A DNA stretch of 64,000 nucleotides from Marsupella aquatica. Lineage: Eukaryota > Plantae > Marchantiophyta. Both the position numbers and the translations under genes were made by a program. The notes under the pieces were generated by a model. It was not told where the DNA came from. It ran no database searches and worked only from the letters and a program-made list of their open reading frames with translations. Shown piece after piece: positions 25,832 to 38,596 of this stretch; position 1 is the first letter of the stretch; every line of letters begins with the position of its first letter. The stretch is from assembly GCA_973895155.1 (NCBI GenBank), contig OZ316899.1:16209974-16273973 (forward strand), read 5' to 3'.

Positions 25832-28800
25832 TGTGGTGCGTCCCATGGCTCCCTAAACCCCAGAAACCCCCTTCACAAGCCGATTCCCGCAGGTTTCGCG
25901 CTTGGCGAGGCCGTTTTCGCGGCTTAGTGGCATGGGACGCTGCTAACCTCCGTCTACTACTACTATTAACATTTTACACACATATACTGGACAAATCCTT
26001 CATCGGGTCATGAGATACGTAGCCGGCCTAATCTAGGCCTTCCCTTGTCTTCCCCTCCTTCTTGTTAGGTATTTGGATTCCGCCGCCGGAATGATCCCCA
26101 ATAGGCTTAGTTAAGCCGCTAAGACCTCTCTCAGCTCGACACATCCAACTCTCACTCCCTTGCTTACTTTCCTTCATCTATTAGTTGATGTGGGCACTCT
26201 TCACACAAGTTAATGCGACACACAAATAGCAAAATGACTCCTTCTGACTGAGTCATACCATGCACTTGCCATACAAACAGTACATCTCATACACAAGCTC
26301 TGCGAACTAAGCCGTGAGGCCAACTCTATTCAGCTCTTAGGCATGAGGAAACATGAATATACACAAGGGTCATTGTATGACTAACCGAGAGCTTCTCTTA
26401 CTACTTGATCCCAGCCCGGCTGGTGCAACTAAAAACTTGCTAAAGAAGAGGCCCTGAGCTCCCCGCTGCCCAGGTACTTATCCTGGTAGTGGATCCGCCT
26501 AATTCTTTGCAGCGTAAACCTAATCTACCTAACTGAATCTACCTATGTATAGCGAGGCAGGAGTACAAGTGTTGCTCTTACCAGTGGAACCGCAATCCCA
26601 CTAAGCTAAGTGTCAGGGCCGCCTCCTGGTCCTGATCCTAATCCTAAACTTAGAGATCTGAGCCCGCCCTGCCCACTCACGCCTCCTCCCTCCATGTCCG
26701 CCCTCCTTGAAAGGAGCGGCCCTCCACCACCGTCATGGCAGCGGTGTCTGTCCCTCAGTGGACGCCCCCAATGCTTCCTCCTCAGCCACTGCCGTAGGTT
26801 CGTTCTCTGACAGATTACCTGTCCTTGACTGAGTCAACTCTCCATCGGCCTGACTGGGTCCACCCCCGGCATCGGCTACAGTATCGGCTTCAACATCAGC
26901 CTCGGCTACGGCCTCCCCTGCACACTTAAGTGGCAGATTGGGTACCTCGGCTTTACCGAGTATCCTGGCCTTGGCTTTGTCATCCCCTTCTAAGGTAGTT
27001 GGATCCTCTACCGTAATCCTGCCTGAGGTCGGTGCTGGGTTTACCTCCATGGTCACCACGGCCTGTGGAGCCGTATTACTCCTTAACCTTGAAGGTTTCC
27101 GTTTCTTCTTCTTTTCTGGTTTGGCAGCTGGCCCCTTCCCCTTCTCACTTACTTCCAGCACTGGTGCAAATGGCGCGGTTTGTCCTTCGGCCAGTACCAC
27201 TCCTGGTAACTTAGTGGCCTCAATTTGAGTTGGCCTTGATGAAGCCAAGCACTTAAATACTGCGACTTGTTTCTTCAGTCGCTCCGTTTGGTTGTCGGCT
27301 CGTCGTTGTAAGTTCTCTAGCTTCCGCGTGCTTTCCTCCAACTCCTCCTGCACTTCGTCCAGGTCCTTGCGCGCCTCCTCTAGCTCCTTCTGGGCTTCCT
27401 CCAATTCCTTTTTAAACGCAGCTCTCTCCTCCTGGGTCGCTCTTAACTCCTTGTCGAGCTTTGCAATGATGACAGACTCCATCTGGTTCATCTTGGCGTA
27501 AGTCTGATCGAGCATATTGTCCTTCTCACGCAGGTCGGCTTTGAAGCTGGCCGTCAGGGACGCAAGCTCCTGCTGCAGCGCAATAATCCCTTGATAGGAT
27601 TTCCCTAACTCGGCCTCCTTCTCAAGGGCTCCGTGGATAACCTCGAGCTCCCCCTTCAATGCCCTTTCCCTTCTCTGGGTCTCCGCCATGGCCCGGTTGT
27701 TGGCCGTTATGTGGGCCTCCTCTGCATCCCTCAGCTCTCGCTTCCACTTCTCCCGCTCCTTGATTGCATCGGCCAACTCTCCTTGGGTTCGAGTCAGTTT
27801 ATTCTCGATAATCCGATTATCAGACTATGCGGTATCCAATTGGCCCTGCATGATATTTAGCTCATGCCGCTTAATCCGCAGCTCATCTTGGGCTTTCTTG
27901 GCCGCCCCCAGGTCTTTGATTTCGGCTTCTCTTGCCCTAAGCCGACGGATGACCTCGTCCTTCTTGCTTCTTTCCAAAGCCACCGCTTCTTCTAATTGGC
28001 GCTTCTCCAACATCTCCCTCTGGAAAAGGGTCCTTGCTCCAACTCCTCCCCAAAGATGCTGAGCGCCAGCTCTCCAGACATTTCCCCGCACTCCATGGCT
28101 CTATCCTTAGCATAGGTGGAGTAACTAGAAGTCATTGGCATCAACCACCGCGGCCTCTGCTCCCAAGCCGTCTTGCGGATTTCTTCTACGGTGGCAAGAG
28201 GGTTGCTTTGTTTTTCTGCAAGCCGCCTGATGTCCTCTGGCCATTCTCCTCCTGGTAAATCCTTTTCCCTAGCCAGGGCTGCCTCCTCTTCCTCCCTGAT
28301 TCGCTCCTGAAATTCCTGCGCCGTCTGTTTTATGCCATCAAAGCTCGGGGGAGCGACATCTGGTGGGGGAGACTCGGGGCTGCTTTGCTGGCTTGGGTCT
28401 CCTCGAACTACTCTTGGGAGCGTGGGGATGAACCGGCCACAGGTCCTTACTCCTGGAACATGATGATCCGACCCGTAGCCGGAGTCATCATTGCTGTAGT
28501 CCTCTACCGCCTCCTCCTCGGCTTGGACTACCGGCTTCTCCCGCTGTTCTCCTGGTTTTCTTGTGAACACGGCTTCACCTCTCACCGGTCTTGGTTCCTC
28601 CTCCGGCTTCCGTGTTGATCTCTTGTTCTCCTTGTCGTGGCTGGGAGCTACAACCTGCTTTTCCTCGGCTTCGGGACTTGAGGCTCCTACATACATCCGG
28701 ACTCCCGGCTTGTGTTCCGGCCTCCCTCTCTCCTTGACTCTAGTAAAGGGGTTTTCCCTTGTAAGCCGGCTTCTAGGGCAGCGTCCTGTATCGGTGCCGG

Positions 28801-30541
28801 TTCTGTTCCCGTTGCCGGAACCGTTCTCCTTTCCTTCTCCAGCAATTTCAGCAGATTCTGCATGCCTGGTTGCTGCATCGGCAAGTCTTCTTTCCTTGGT
28901 CTAAACACCTGCTCGATCGTCGGACTGTCGGGCTGGTTGGGCTTCTCTAGTGCCGGCCTCTGCTCCGGGACCTCCTCCGGTGCTCTTGTCGATAGGGGAA
29001 GTACTGGGGCAAAGATTTGACTTCTGGCATACCGGCACAACAGCGGCATGTGATAGCCAAGCCGGGACACGCTTCCCACGCTGATCACCTGCTGTTCCTC
29101 CTTCAAGATCTTCTTCAGTTGGTTGAGGAGGTACCCATTGTAATCCCAGCTTGGGTCTGGCCTTTCTGCCAGGTAGACCTGAGCCTTGCCAATCTCTGCC
29201 CTCGGCAAGTTACAGTGCATGGTCACCCGCAAAAAATCAATCATCTCTCCGATGTGCGGGTTGGTGCAGGTGTTCCGGAAGAAGCCATTCTTTGTTGATG
29301 GTCCTGGGAACGACCGAAACTCCTTGTCAGGTAAGGTCTTCCTGGTATCAACCTTGGTCTTATTACCCATCGGCAAGCCAAACACTTCAGCAATCACCCG
29401 GGGAGTGAGATAGAAATCCTTCCCATACACCCTCGTGGAATTGGTCTTGGGTTCCCATGATCCCACGAATTCTAACAAGTCTGAGTCCGGCACCTCCGGC
29501 TTCAGCCATGGTAATCTTACAAAGGCTTCCAAGCCGGATCCGGCCATGAAGCCTTGGTACTTCTTGGTCTGCATGGCTGTAAAGCATGCATCCTCCTCCC
29601 GTGCAAAGTGTAATTGCACTTCCTCCGGTAGGGTCGCCGCCCAGCCTTTCCAAGTGTCATCGTTTGTTGGAATGGTATTGATGGGGTCAACCTCCTCCTC
29701 CTCGGCTTCTCTTTGCCTCCTGCTCTATTGTTCTACTGGCTTCTTTGGTGCCACCGACCGCGTTCTTTTTGCCGGGGTGGCCTCTTCGTTGTTGTTCCCC
29801 TTCCTCTTCATCTCGGCTGTCGTGGATGTCTCTCCTAGCACGGTTGCCTTTGTCCACCCCTCCGTGCTACCCTTCAACTCCCAGTGTATGTCGTTGCAGC
29901 GTTTGATGGCTTCTCGGATGCCGATGACTCTGTCTTCGCAAAACAGCAGGTCGTCTAGCTCGTTGCCAGTAGGCGTCCATAGGAATTCAGCCTTGATGAG
30001 TTCTCCTCCTAAGAAGGCAGCTTTCTGCAGCTCCCACAATCGGGCGAGCTCCAGCCGTTCTCGAGCTGCTCTCTCTGATTCTGCGTCCTCGTAAGTCCCA
30101 ATGTACTCAGTTGCCCGTTCGAACAGGCATCCCAAAAAATGTGCCGCTTGATTGACGTTGCTCATACCCTTCTCGAGTTGATAGTCGGTATCTGTTCCCA
30201 CGCTGAGCGCTTGCCTAAGTAGTTGACAGTAGTTGGCCGCCCGTAGTCGCCTGCTCAGTTCGTGCTTGCAAATGAGCTACTATTCCTCGCGAGCGGTCCT
30301 TACCCCTCTCCTCCTCTGGTTCTCCCTCCCGTTGGTTACCCCTAGCCGCCGGCACTTAGCGTGCCCTAACCCTAATCGTGTTCTCTCCCCTGGCGTCCTT
30401 ACTTCCAGCCTCGGCTCGGGTTCCATAGTCACCCTTAATTGTTTATATTTTCCTTATTTATGTAACTATACTAAGGTGTTTCTAGGGTACACTTCCCTTT
30501 TCCCCTTAAACTAGCCCAGTGATTCCTGGCTAGGCATCACA
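25832..30541 (-). mobile_element. Giant ORF-bearing solo-LTR-like unit, family C copy 2 (4710 bp)
   Basis: TGTGGTGC...GCATCACA. Perfect TSD CTTCC at 25827-25831 and 30542-30546. It interrupts the F ORF. Confidence 0.92.
26733..30426 (-). pseudogene. Family C ORF, copy 2 (PMD-like plus coiled coil), disrupted
   Basis: ORF pieces 29725-30201, 28687-29619, 27992-28696, 27825-28091 and 26733-27776 tile one ~3.7-kb ancestral frame. Confidence 0.78.
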
Positions 30542-32693
30542 CTTCCTTACTTCAAAGGAGCCATCAACAGTAAGGACGGGTTCAGTGTTTCTAAGTGTTT
30601 GGATCCTCATTTGAAACGAGTCTTTAGCTTCCTGCTACCCCTGCTATATCCTGAGAAGCCACAAAGAGTTACTGTTGGAGTTGGCTCTACCATTGTTGCT
30701 GCTTACAAGGGAGAAAGAAAAGTCAACTGGGCTAAGCTTATCTTTGATTTGAAAAGGAAGTTGGTACAGAACCTGTCCAATAAGAGTCCTACTCCCCTCT
30801 CCTGCTACGTGGTACATCTATATAGCTTTGAAGGAGTCTTGTTCAGAGAGGAGAAGAAATTACTATTGGCCAAGTTCAACTTCATAAAATATGGAGAGGC
30901 AGATCCAGATATCACCCAGGCCACCTCTGATGACAGTGAGGATGAGGAACCAGCAGAGACAAATCCTCGAAAGACCCGGTCTGCTGCCCGGAACCTTGAC
31001 CCGGACTTTGTCGACCCGGCTGAATTTCTGGATGCACCCGGCCATGCCTCCCTAGACACCCTAGCTGATTTCCAGATCATCTCAGACACATTCCAGAAGG
31101 TGAAGAAGAAGACCACTGTGATGGAGAAGGCCATCATTGACATTTCTCAGAAGTTAGGAGTGAAACCAGGGCAGATTCTTGAAAAGATCTCCACCATGAG
31201 TGATGTCACAGATAAGAGGAAGTTGGAGAAGGAGAATGAGTTCCTCAAGAAGAAGGTATCTGAACTCAAACAGCAGTTGGAAAGGAGTAAAAAGAAGAAT
31301 GAGCTTGAGCATACTCTCCAACTCAGTATCACTCAATCTTTGGATCTGATTGAGCCTTTGACTAAGATAGCTTCTCTGGATCTTCTTAAGGCCCAAATTT
31401 ATGATGAGTATTTGGCCAAGAACACCACACCCATCCTTTTCTCCAAGATTAACCATGTAGTGGTAGATGTGAGTGCCAAGGTGGATGATGCACTTACGGG
31501 TCTCTCAAAGACCTGTGAAGCCTTAAGGGAGATGAGTGACTTGACTACAAAGGAGCTATTAGCTGATACTGAGATTCCTGCCTTTACTACCAGATCTTTC
31601 TCTCCTAGTCCTCATGAAGGAGTCTATTCCACTGGCCCCTCATCACCCCTCAACCCTCCTGGTTTCCTCACTCCCAGTACACACTTCCACTCCCATTCTT
31701 ACACTTATTCTCATGACCCAAGTGCCCATCAGGAGAACATGGATATTGACCCATCCATCCCTTTTACCACTGGCCAGCAGGGGGTTTTCCTTCGACCAGA
31801 ACCCCTTGCCATGGCTAACCCTGAGGAGGTTCCTTCCCAAACGCTAGGACCAGAATAGAGTTATATTTAGAGAGTTAGAGCCACATTAGTTTAGACTTAG
31901 AAATAGCTATATAGACTAGTATATGAGTAAGTAGACTCCAGTATTTTGTTGGTGTATCCATTGGAGACTCTACTCCATTTTTGACTAGGATAGTTCACTT
32001 TTATTTACATATTTCTTTAGACTTGGGTTTTGAAGAGGCATGTCTTTTCATAATCTCCACTTTTAGTACAAAAGGAGGAGAACCCAAAGTCAACCCCGGG
32101 AGAGAGAGATGCATTTGATTTCCCCATTTTGATTTTGGAGAAATCTATGTCTTTTCTTCCCTTCTTTTTACCATGGTTAAGTAAAGAGAAGTTTCAAGAT
32201 TAGCAACCCTTTGAGTTGTTGTGCAATATTCAATGAATACTAGCGTGTGTCTATGATGATATTGGAAGATCAGCAAGGTCTGTGACCAATTCATATAGAA
32301 GATTCACCAAAGAGAAATTGGAATTTACGTGAAACTCAAATAAGCAATCTTAAGGATAGTAGGAGAAGTAAACCAATTCGAGTATCCTAGTACCGTCTTA
32401 AGCAAGACCAGAAAAGTGTCCCGGGTTGATTTACATTGTTGTCTTCTAAATTCAAGAGATGGAGAAGAGTTGCTATGAGAAATCAAAAAGCATATACAAT
32501 GTTGATTTCCGAATCTTAAATTAGGCCATAATCCTTATTGAAGGAGTGGTGATGGTCGGAATTCAATTTCCTTGCGCTTTGAAACCTCCTACCTACTCTC
32601 TCTAGTTTCAATCTTTGTTAATTCTAGTCTTTATTATTGCACTATGAATCCTAAGGATTATCCACTTGAGTTTGTGGTTAAATACTTATGTTA

Positions 32694-33333
32694 AGGCCTC
32701 ATTCACAATTGGAGGACCCAAAAGGAACGTCACACTCAAAAGTGACCATAGTTTATTATGCTTTAGGATATCATTTTTAGGGTGTAATGAGATGATATAG
32801 AAAATTTGATGTACTATACTTAACAAACATCCTATAGGTTGGTAACATTCATTAAACTATCTAGCATTTGAGACTTTGAAGCTTTCCTTATATGTCCTTC
32901 AAAGATTGATAAAAGGACTTGTCACGCAGCGGGTCACATCATTTCATGACTCAAAAGGACTCTAAAAAATGCATTTTAGACAATAAAATTTTACCAAAGC
33001 ATGCATACTAATAGCATAATCTTATATTTCAAAACTTAAATAGTGACACACACTAAACCTTTATGTACAGGACAAAAATAATCAATAATTTTGGCCTATT
33101 TAGGGCCATCAATAACAGGATCCCTTAAAACATTTGAAAACTTGATGTATCTACATGGTGAGGTAGGTTACACCATGTAAAATAGTCTTGTGAAAAAATT
33201 AGACTTAAATGTCTTGAGATAAAATCATGATGAACCTTTTTCCATGTTACGAAAGTCATTTTTCACTAAAAAAGCATGTTTTTGAGTCTTGAAAGTGGTT
33301 CCTGCGAGGTACACCCAATTGTGAATGAGGCCA
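32694..33333. mobile_element. PIF/Harbinger (Tourist-like) MITE
   Basis: Perfect 18-bp TIR GGCCTCATTCACAATTGG / CCAATTGTGAATGAGGCC, TTA on both sides, AT-rich non-coding interior. Confidence 0.85.
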
Positions 33334-36300
33334 TTAGAAATCTCTCCAACCTAAGAATGTTGGTGTAAACTTCTCAAATTGTGTTAATTCAGTCTTTTCG
33401 ATCTTATCCACTCCTAACGTGAATGAAATTGAGTTATTAAGGAGTAAATAGTCATTTATCTCTTTATCACCTTTCTACACCAATCCTTAAGTTTTCCCTC
33501 CAAGGGGTCAGTGGACAACGGGTTCATGATGAGGACCTGCCTCATCCCCGAAATAGCCAAACGGCTGAAGTTCCAGAGGTACGCCCTCCACATGATGGAA
33601 CCCCGAGGCGAGATCTTTGCTGCCTAGGTTATCCAGGTCGAGAACTATCGACCTAGGAAATGGGCGTCGTACTTCGCTAAGAAGTTCCATGAAGAGATGG
33701 AGCGGCAAAGGAAGGCGCTATACATCGGCAGGAAGGCGTATTTTGCAAGCCACATCGAGATCATTCTTGAGTGGTACGCCCGGTTTGATCGACGAACCCT
33801 TCCCCGGGTCAATGTAACTAAGTTGGTCCCAGCTAGGTGGGTCTTCCCGGCCCTGGATAGACGGCCCCAACCCGAGGCCCAAAGTTTGGCGGCCATGCAG
33901 GCCTCATCCACCCACCTCCACAAGTAGCCATAGCCGTAGCCGTGGCCGAAGTGGTACCAGACGAGGCAATAATCGTGACCTTAGACGCGATCAACCAAGC
34001 CGGGCCGAGAGCAGAAGTCAAAGCGGTAGAAGACTTGGCTGAGCCCGAGGGTCTAGAAGACCCACCGGTGGCTATTCCGGAGGACAGGACAATGATGGAG
34101 GAAGACACTCCAGCCCCTTCCAACCCTACATCCCTAGGGCTGGATGTCACTACCCTGGCCCCCACGCGAGTTAACGTCTGCTCGTGCCCAAATCCGGACG
34201 GGCACAAACTGGACCACCCGGAACTCTTTGTACCGAGTACATTTCTGAACGGGCTTTTGGGAGATTTTTCCCAATAGATTGCCCGGGATATCGGGGAGTT
34301 CATGGCCCGGAAGGTAGCCTACTTCTTCAATCAGGAGTTGGTTACCGCAGTAAAGGCAGGTCGAGCCCAGTCGGAGGCCTCTCAGAGGATAGAGCGGTAC
34401 CGGGTTGAGTCCGTGTACCTAAAGGACAAAGTTGCGGCTCAAGAGGCTGAGCTTCTGCAACTACGACCCAAGGTTGCAGCCGCTGATGAGTTGTTAGCAA
34501 ATGCGCATGCCCTAGCCGAACAGGTGCAAAGCTGGGAAGGAGGCTAAGATTGCACGGCTCTGGACCCAAGTTGACAGTTTAAAGAACCAAACTGTCATCT
34601 AGCAGAAAGACCTAGAGGAGGCCGAAGAGCGGGCCCAACGTGACATTGCGGAGATTGCCACCCTACAGACCGAAGTGGCACAGCTTCAAGCCAAAGCCGA
34701 GAAACAGACCCGGGTGGTGGACAAGCTGACGAGCAATGCCCAGTAACTGGAAGAGGCATGCCAGGAGGCAGTTGAGGAGACGGACACGGCAAAGTGAGAG
34801 AACAAATCTCTGCTAGACCAAGTCCAGCTCCTCAAGACGGACAACGACAAACTCCGTAGGCAGCGGGATGGCCGCTCCCACTTGGACGGCTCTGGCAAGC
34901 GCACCAGGCATTAGCGGAGGGTTAGGCTTAAAATAGAACTAGGAGTAGCTAAAACAGGCTGTTAGGACAAGCGCTGGCCAGAAGATAGCGGTGCTGACAC
35001 ATTAGCCAACCTATGTAGAATAAGTTAGACTAATAGGACAAGCCGTAACTAGCTTAGCGAGGATATAAGTTAGCGTAGATTCGGGCATGAGGCCAGACTG
35101 GTCCTCAGCCCTTAGTATTTAGCAGCCCCCCGGTAGAGGCAAGGGGGGATTTTAGACTCAGAATTTGGCCATTCGCGGTACGCGTGGGGAGTCCCGAACT
35201 CGGTGAAGTACCGGAGTGCCAAGGGGAGGGTATACGACTAAGGGTGGTATCTACGATTTTGATATCATCATGGGTTCAGATTTCCATCGGGGTTTTTCTC
35301 TAGGTTCTTCCTGTTGAGGGAGATGATACTACATTGCGCGGAACTTGGTAAACCCGCATCACTCCTTCCGGGAGGCTCTGTGGTAATGCGGAGTAACGCA
35401 ATGCGGGTAGAGGACAGCTCAAAAAGCAAAAACCCGTCTGTAATTGATGGGAGAGGATCTTGTGATCTACACCGAAAGCTTGGTTGACACCGGATATCTT
35501 GCCAGTGCTTGAGATTTCCACACTTTGAGTGCCGTAATATATTACTAATGCGCCCAAGTATTTGGCCATCCCGGACTTTGCGTGTAAGTGCTTGTTGGGC
35601 GAGTGCGGAGCCGGGCTCCGTTGTAGTGTATACTCCTCGGCCTTGGGCCCGTTTGTTCACGAGGTGTCGGGTCAACCAATCGTAAGTGTATGATCATAAA
35701 TGAATGAAATCCTTTCCCCTCAATTCCTTCGTGTAAATCAAGATTTATGTTTATGTGTAAATGCATGTATGAGTCTCGTGTGCAAGTACCAATGTCGGGC
35801 CGAACACGTATGCCAATCATGCACGGGGTGAAAGTTACGGATACGGGGTTGCAAGCCGGGGTTGAGCACTTGTACTAATGGATCCGGATCAAAGGCGGTA
35901 ACACAAAGGCTTAGAAGTCCGTAAGCCGGGTTGACCCCGTGTCGACTAAGGTACGTTCCGGCGGCAGAACACAAACTATACCTAGGAGGTGTCTGTACAT
36001 AACAGTAAGCGCACTTAGCACTAGTTTACGTGAGTTAGGAGCATTCCGTGCGTCCCTCCCTGCTTGAACCCTCATATTTACGAAGGATATGCCTGTCTAA
36101 GCCAAAGCCCGGGTTAAGGCCTAGGCTGACAACGTGACAGGGGGTGCCATGGGTTCTCGAGGTTTGAGGGTGTTAGCTCGCCCGCTTGCCAAATCTTGTC
36201 AAACAACAGCCAAGCCGTGTTCAGTATCCCAAGGGAACTGGCGTTGGGGAGGCAAGGCCAAGTAGGCATGGAGGTTGAGTTCCAAGGGTGCTTTCCCCTA

Positions 36301-36959
36301 GACCATCAGTGGGGCGAGAACCCGGAGTTGGTTACTAGAGTCGGGGCCATTCTGGTCCCGGCGTGTTGGGACAAGCTTTAGGACAAGCGACGCTATTTGG
36401 GCCAGGAGCATGTCCTGGGGTCAGGGCGGTCAGTTGGTAATGGATAGGCACAAGGGGGAACCAGGGCCGCGCCCAAGGAAGGAGCTATTCTGGACGAATA
36501 GTGGGCGTGGGTTCTGGTTCCGGCTTATGGCGTCGGGAGGACCTATCACTGACTTATTTACCAATATCTGTTGAGCTTGAGTTAGGATGCTAGACTTGGC
36601 GAGTTCTAGATCCTGAAGGGTTGCTTACCAAGGTGCTTGGTTGCTTGTGCAGACAGTAAGGACCGTTGAGTAGTGGTCGTGTTGGAGAGCAAGTGTGGCT
36701 TTGTATGGGAGGGGCCGCAAGCGGTGCAAGGGGCACTAGATTGCTTGCTCGAAGTATTCCATGGATGCGTTCAGGCACCAGGTGCACTTAGGTGTGGGTG
36801 CTGGGATTGGTGAGGCCGTTCGGTGGCAAGGTCCACCACTAAAAGGCTCAAACCTGTGTTTTTGTTACCTTAGTCATTCATAAATGCTAGACCATAAAAA
36901 ATCATTCCTTACTTGTTCTTCCATGGGATCGAATACCGTGTTTTGGACCTTAAGTGTTA

Positions 36960-38048
36960 ATTTATGTCCCTGATATGATACTACATAAAGGTTTACCCCC
37001 GCTGAGGGAAGTGGATCACCAAGTTGAGTTGGAGCCAGGTTTGGCTCCTCAGGCTAAAGCTCCTTATTGTCTGAAGTTGAACAAACAAATGATGTTGAAG
37101 AACGCATTGGAAGAGTTGATCGACCAAGGGTTCATTTGTCCTAGTAAGAGTCCTTACGGGGCGGCCGCACTATTTGTGTCCAAAAAGGATGGTACTTTGA
37201 GATTGTGTGCATATCCAGTCTGACCGCAACACCAAGTTCACGTGCCACTTGTGGAAGGCGTTGTTCCGGTTAATCTTTAGCTATTACCTTGTCTATTACT
37301 ATATTTCCGTACGCAGCCCAACAAAAAGCAAGGTTCCTTCTATGAACAATTTTATTCGAGAGTGGCGCCTAGTTGTGGAAGCGGCTACCAAGGGTATGAC
37401 CCTTGCCCAAAGTTGGTACAAGGAGCAAGGGGATAAACATCGATGCGAGGTGAGCTTTGAAATTGGGGAGAGTGTCTGGTTGTAGTTGAGACCTGAGCAA
37501 TACCACAAGAACATAAGTAGGAAGCTAGCTCCCAGATATGCAGGTGGGCCTTATTGCATCATACAATGAGCCCACAAGGATAATACAGTTTTGGTGGTGT
37601 TGGAGACACCTAAGGAAATGGGCGTAGGCAAAAACTACCATGTTAGCTGGCTCAAGAAATTTGTCAAAGACAATGATCCCAACCGGGTTCGAGTCTTGTG
37701 TCCAGACGCCATGCTGGTGGAGGACACTGAGGAGTTTGAGGTGGAGGCAATTTTGGACCACGGTTACAAGCTAGGAAGGCAAATCTTGGAGTATTTGGTG
37801 AAGTGCACTGGCTATGACCAAACCAAAAGTACTTGGGAACCGGAAGGAAATTTGGGTAATGCCCCAGAGATCCTTGGAAGCTATCGTAAGCGAAGCGGCC
37901 TACTACCATTGTGATTTGGTACAAGTAGTTGTGGCTACCTTTTTGAGTTGTATCCTAGTTTCACTCCTCCCAACCTCTTGAGAATGATATTAAATTGCGT
38001 GGGCGCTAGAGGTTGATGGGCAGCCGATTTGCTTTTTGCAAGTGGAAG
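36960..38048 (+). pseudogene. Internally deleted chromovirus B pol (RT N-terminus, integrase pieces, chromodomain)
   Basis: DHQVELEPG...PSKSPYGAAALFVSKKDGTLRLC and EEFEVEAILDH...STWEPEGNL. The 3' region matches 9540-9670. Confidence 0.85.
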
Positions 38049-38059
38049 TTTTTTTTTTA

Positions 38060-38549
38060 AATTATTTTCCAATGGGTCGAAACTCTTTGACAAATAGTGA
38101 TTGAAGGTATGCCAGATGGCTTGATCTTCCACATTCAATGCTCTGTACCAAGGCCTAGCCTCACCGTTGAACAGACCGTGAAGAATTTGCATCTTGATGG
38201 CTGATTCTCCATTTGCTGCAGCGGTTCCCTCGAAGTCATCCAACCATTCGTCCGGATCCTCATCTCCTCTTCCATGGAATGCCTTGTAATGAATGCGCGA
38301 CCGTTGGCTCAGTCTGGTTCTTGGCCTCTCTTTTGGCCGTGCCTCCGGTTCCCCCATGTTGGTTGGGGACTTACTTTGCCTTACCGACTCTTCTTCTAGT
38401 ATTTCTTCTTCGACGCCACTTTCAGTTACGGAGCTACTAGCTCTTTTTGCCCCTCTCAGTCACTGTGTATTATGCCACCTGGCAAGATGCTGCAGACGAG
38501 CTCTCTCCCGTTGAATTGCTCTTTCCTCCCTCGGCGTAGGTTCAGTCAT
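38060..38549 (-). pseudogene. Truncated gag of the (Tat-like) Gypsy element that owns family C LTRs
   Basis: FHGRGDEDPDEWLDDFEGTAAANGE...LFNGEARPWY (retrotransposon Gag capsid-like), directly downstream of the PBS and the C-type LTR. Confidence 0.8.
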
Positions 38550-38596
38550 TACCTATGCTTCCTTCCTAACTTCATATCTCACGGCTTAAGAAATGC

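Larger units (their letters stand above)
25416..31858 (+). pseudogene. Family F ORF (~575 aa when C copy 2 is excised; one internal TAA at 25689)
   Basis: 25416-25831 joins 30547-31858 in frame: LLRMGCESLMELPW...RGRPERWT...KDGF...FLLPLLYPEKPQRVT...KVNWA...PTPLSCYVVHLY, then a coiled coil. Confidence 0.8.
24685..33479 (+). mobile_element. Giant ORF-bearing solo-LTR-like unit, family F (about 3.4 kb after removing C copy 2 and the MITE)
   Basis: Termini TGTGAGA...TCTACA. Perfect TSD CCAAT at 24680-24684 and 33480-33484. The empty site matches G near 62195-62210. Confidence 0.87.
23781..34910 (+). pseudogene. Family E ORF1 (small protein) and ORF2 (PMD-like plus coiled coil), degenerate and split by F
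   Basis: Fragments 23781-23984, 33697-33927, 33942-34277 and 34302-34547 align at protein level with the G ORFs. Confidence 0.7.
23308..36139 (+). mobile_element. Giant ORF-bearing solo-LTR-like unit, family E (about 4.0 kb after removing nested F)
   Basis: Termini TGTGATGC...CGTGACA. Imperfect TSD AGGGG/GGGGG. Inserted in the B LTR and colinear with G (58620-63839, minus strand). Confidence 0.82.
9976..36840 (+). repeat. Family B LTR split into three pieces (9976-10484, 23027-23307, 36145-36840) by elements A and E
   Basis: The three pieces join colinearly with the intact solo LTR 4118-5583. Starts AGTCGCG after the PPT and ends GTCCACCACT. Confidence 0.85.
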
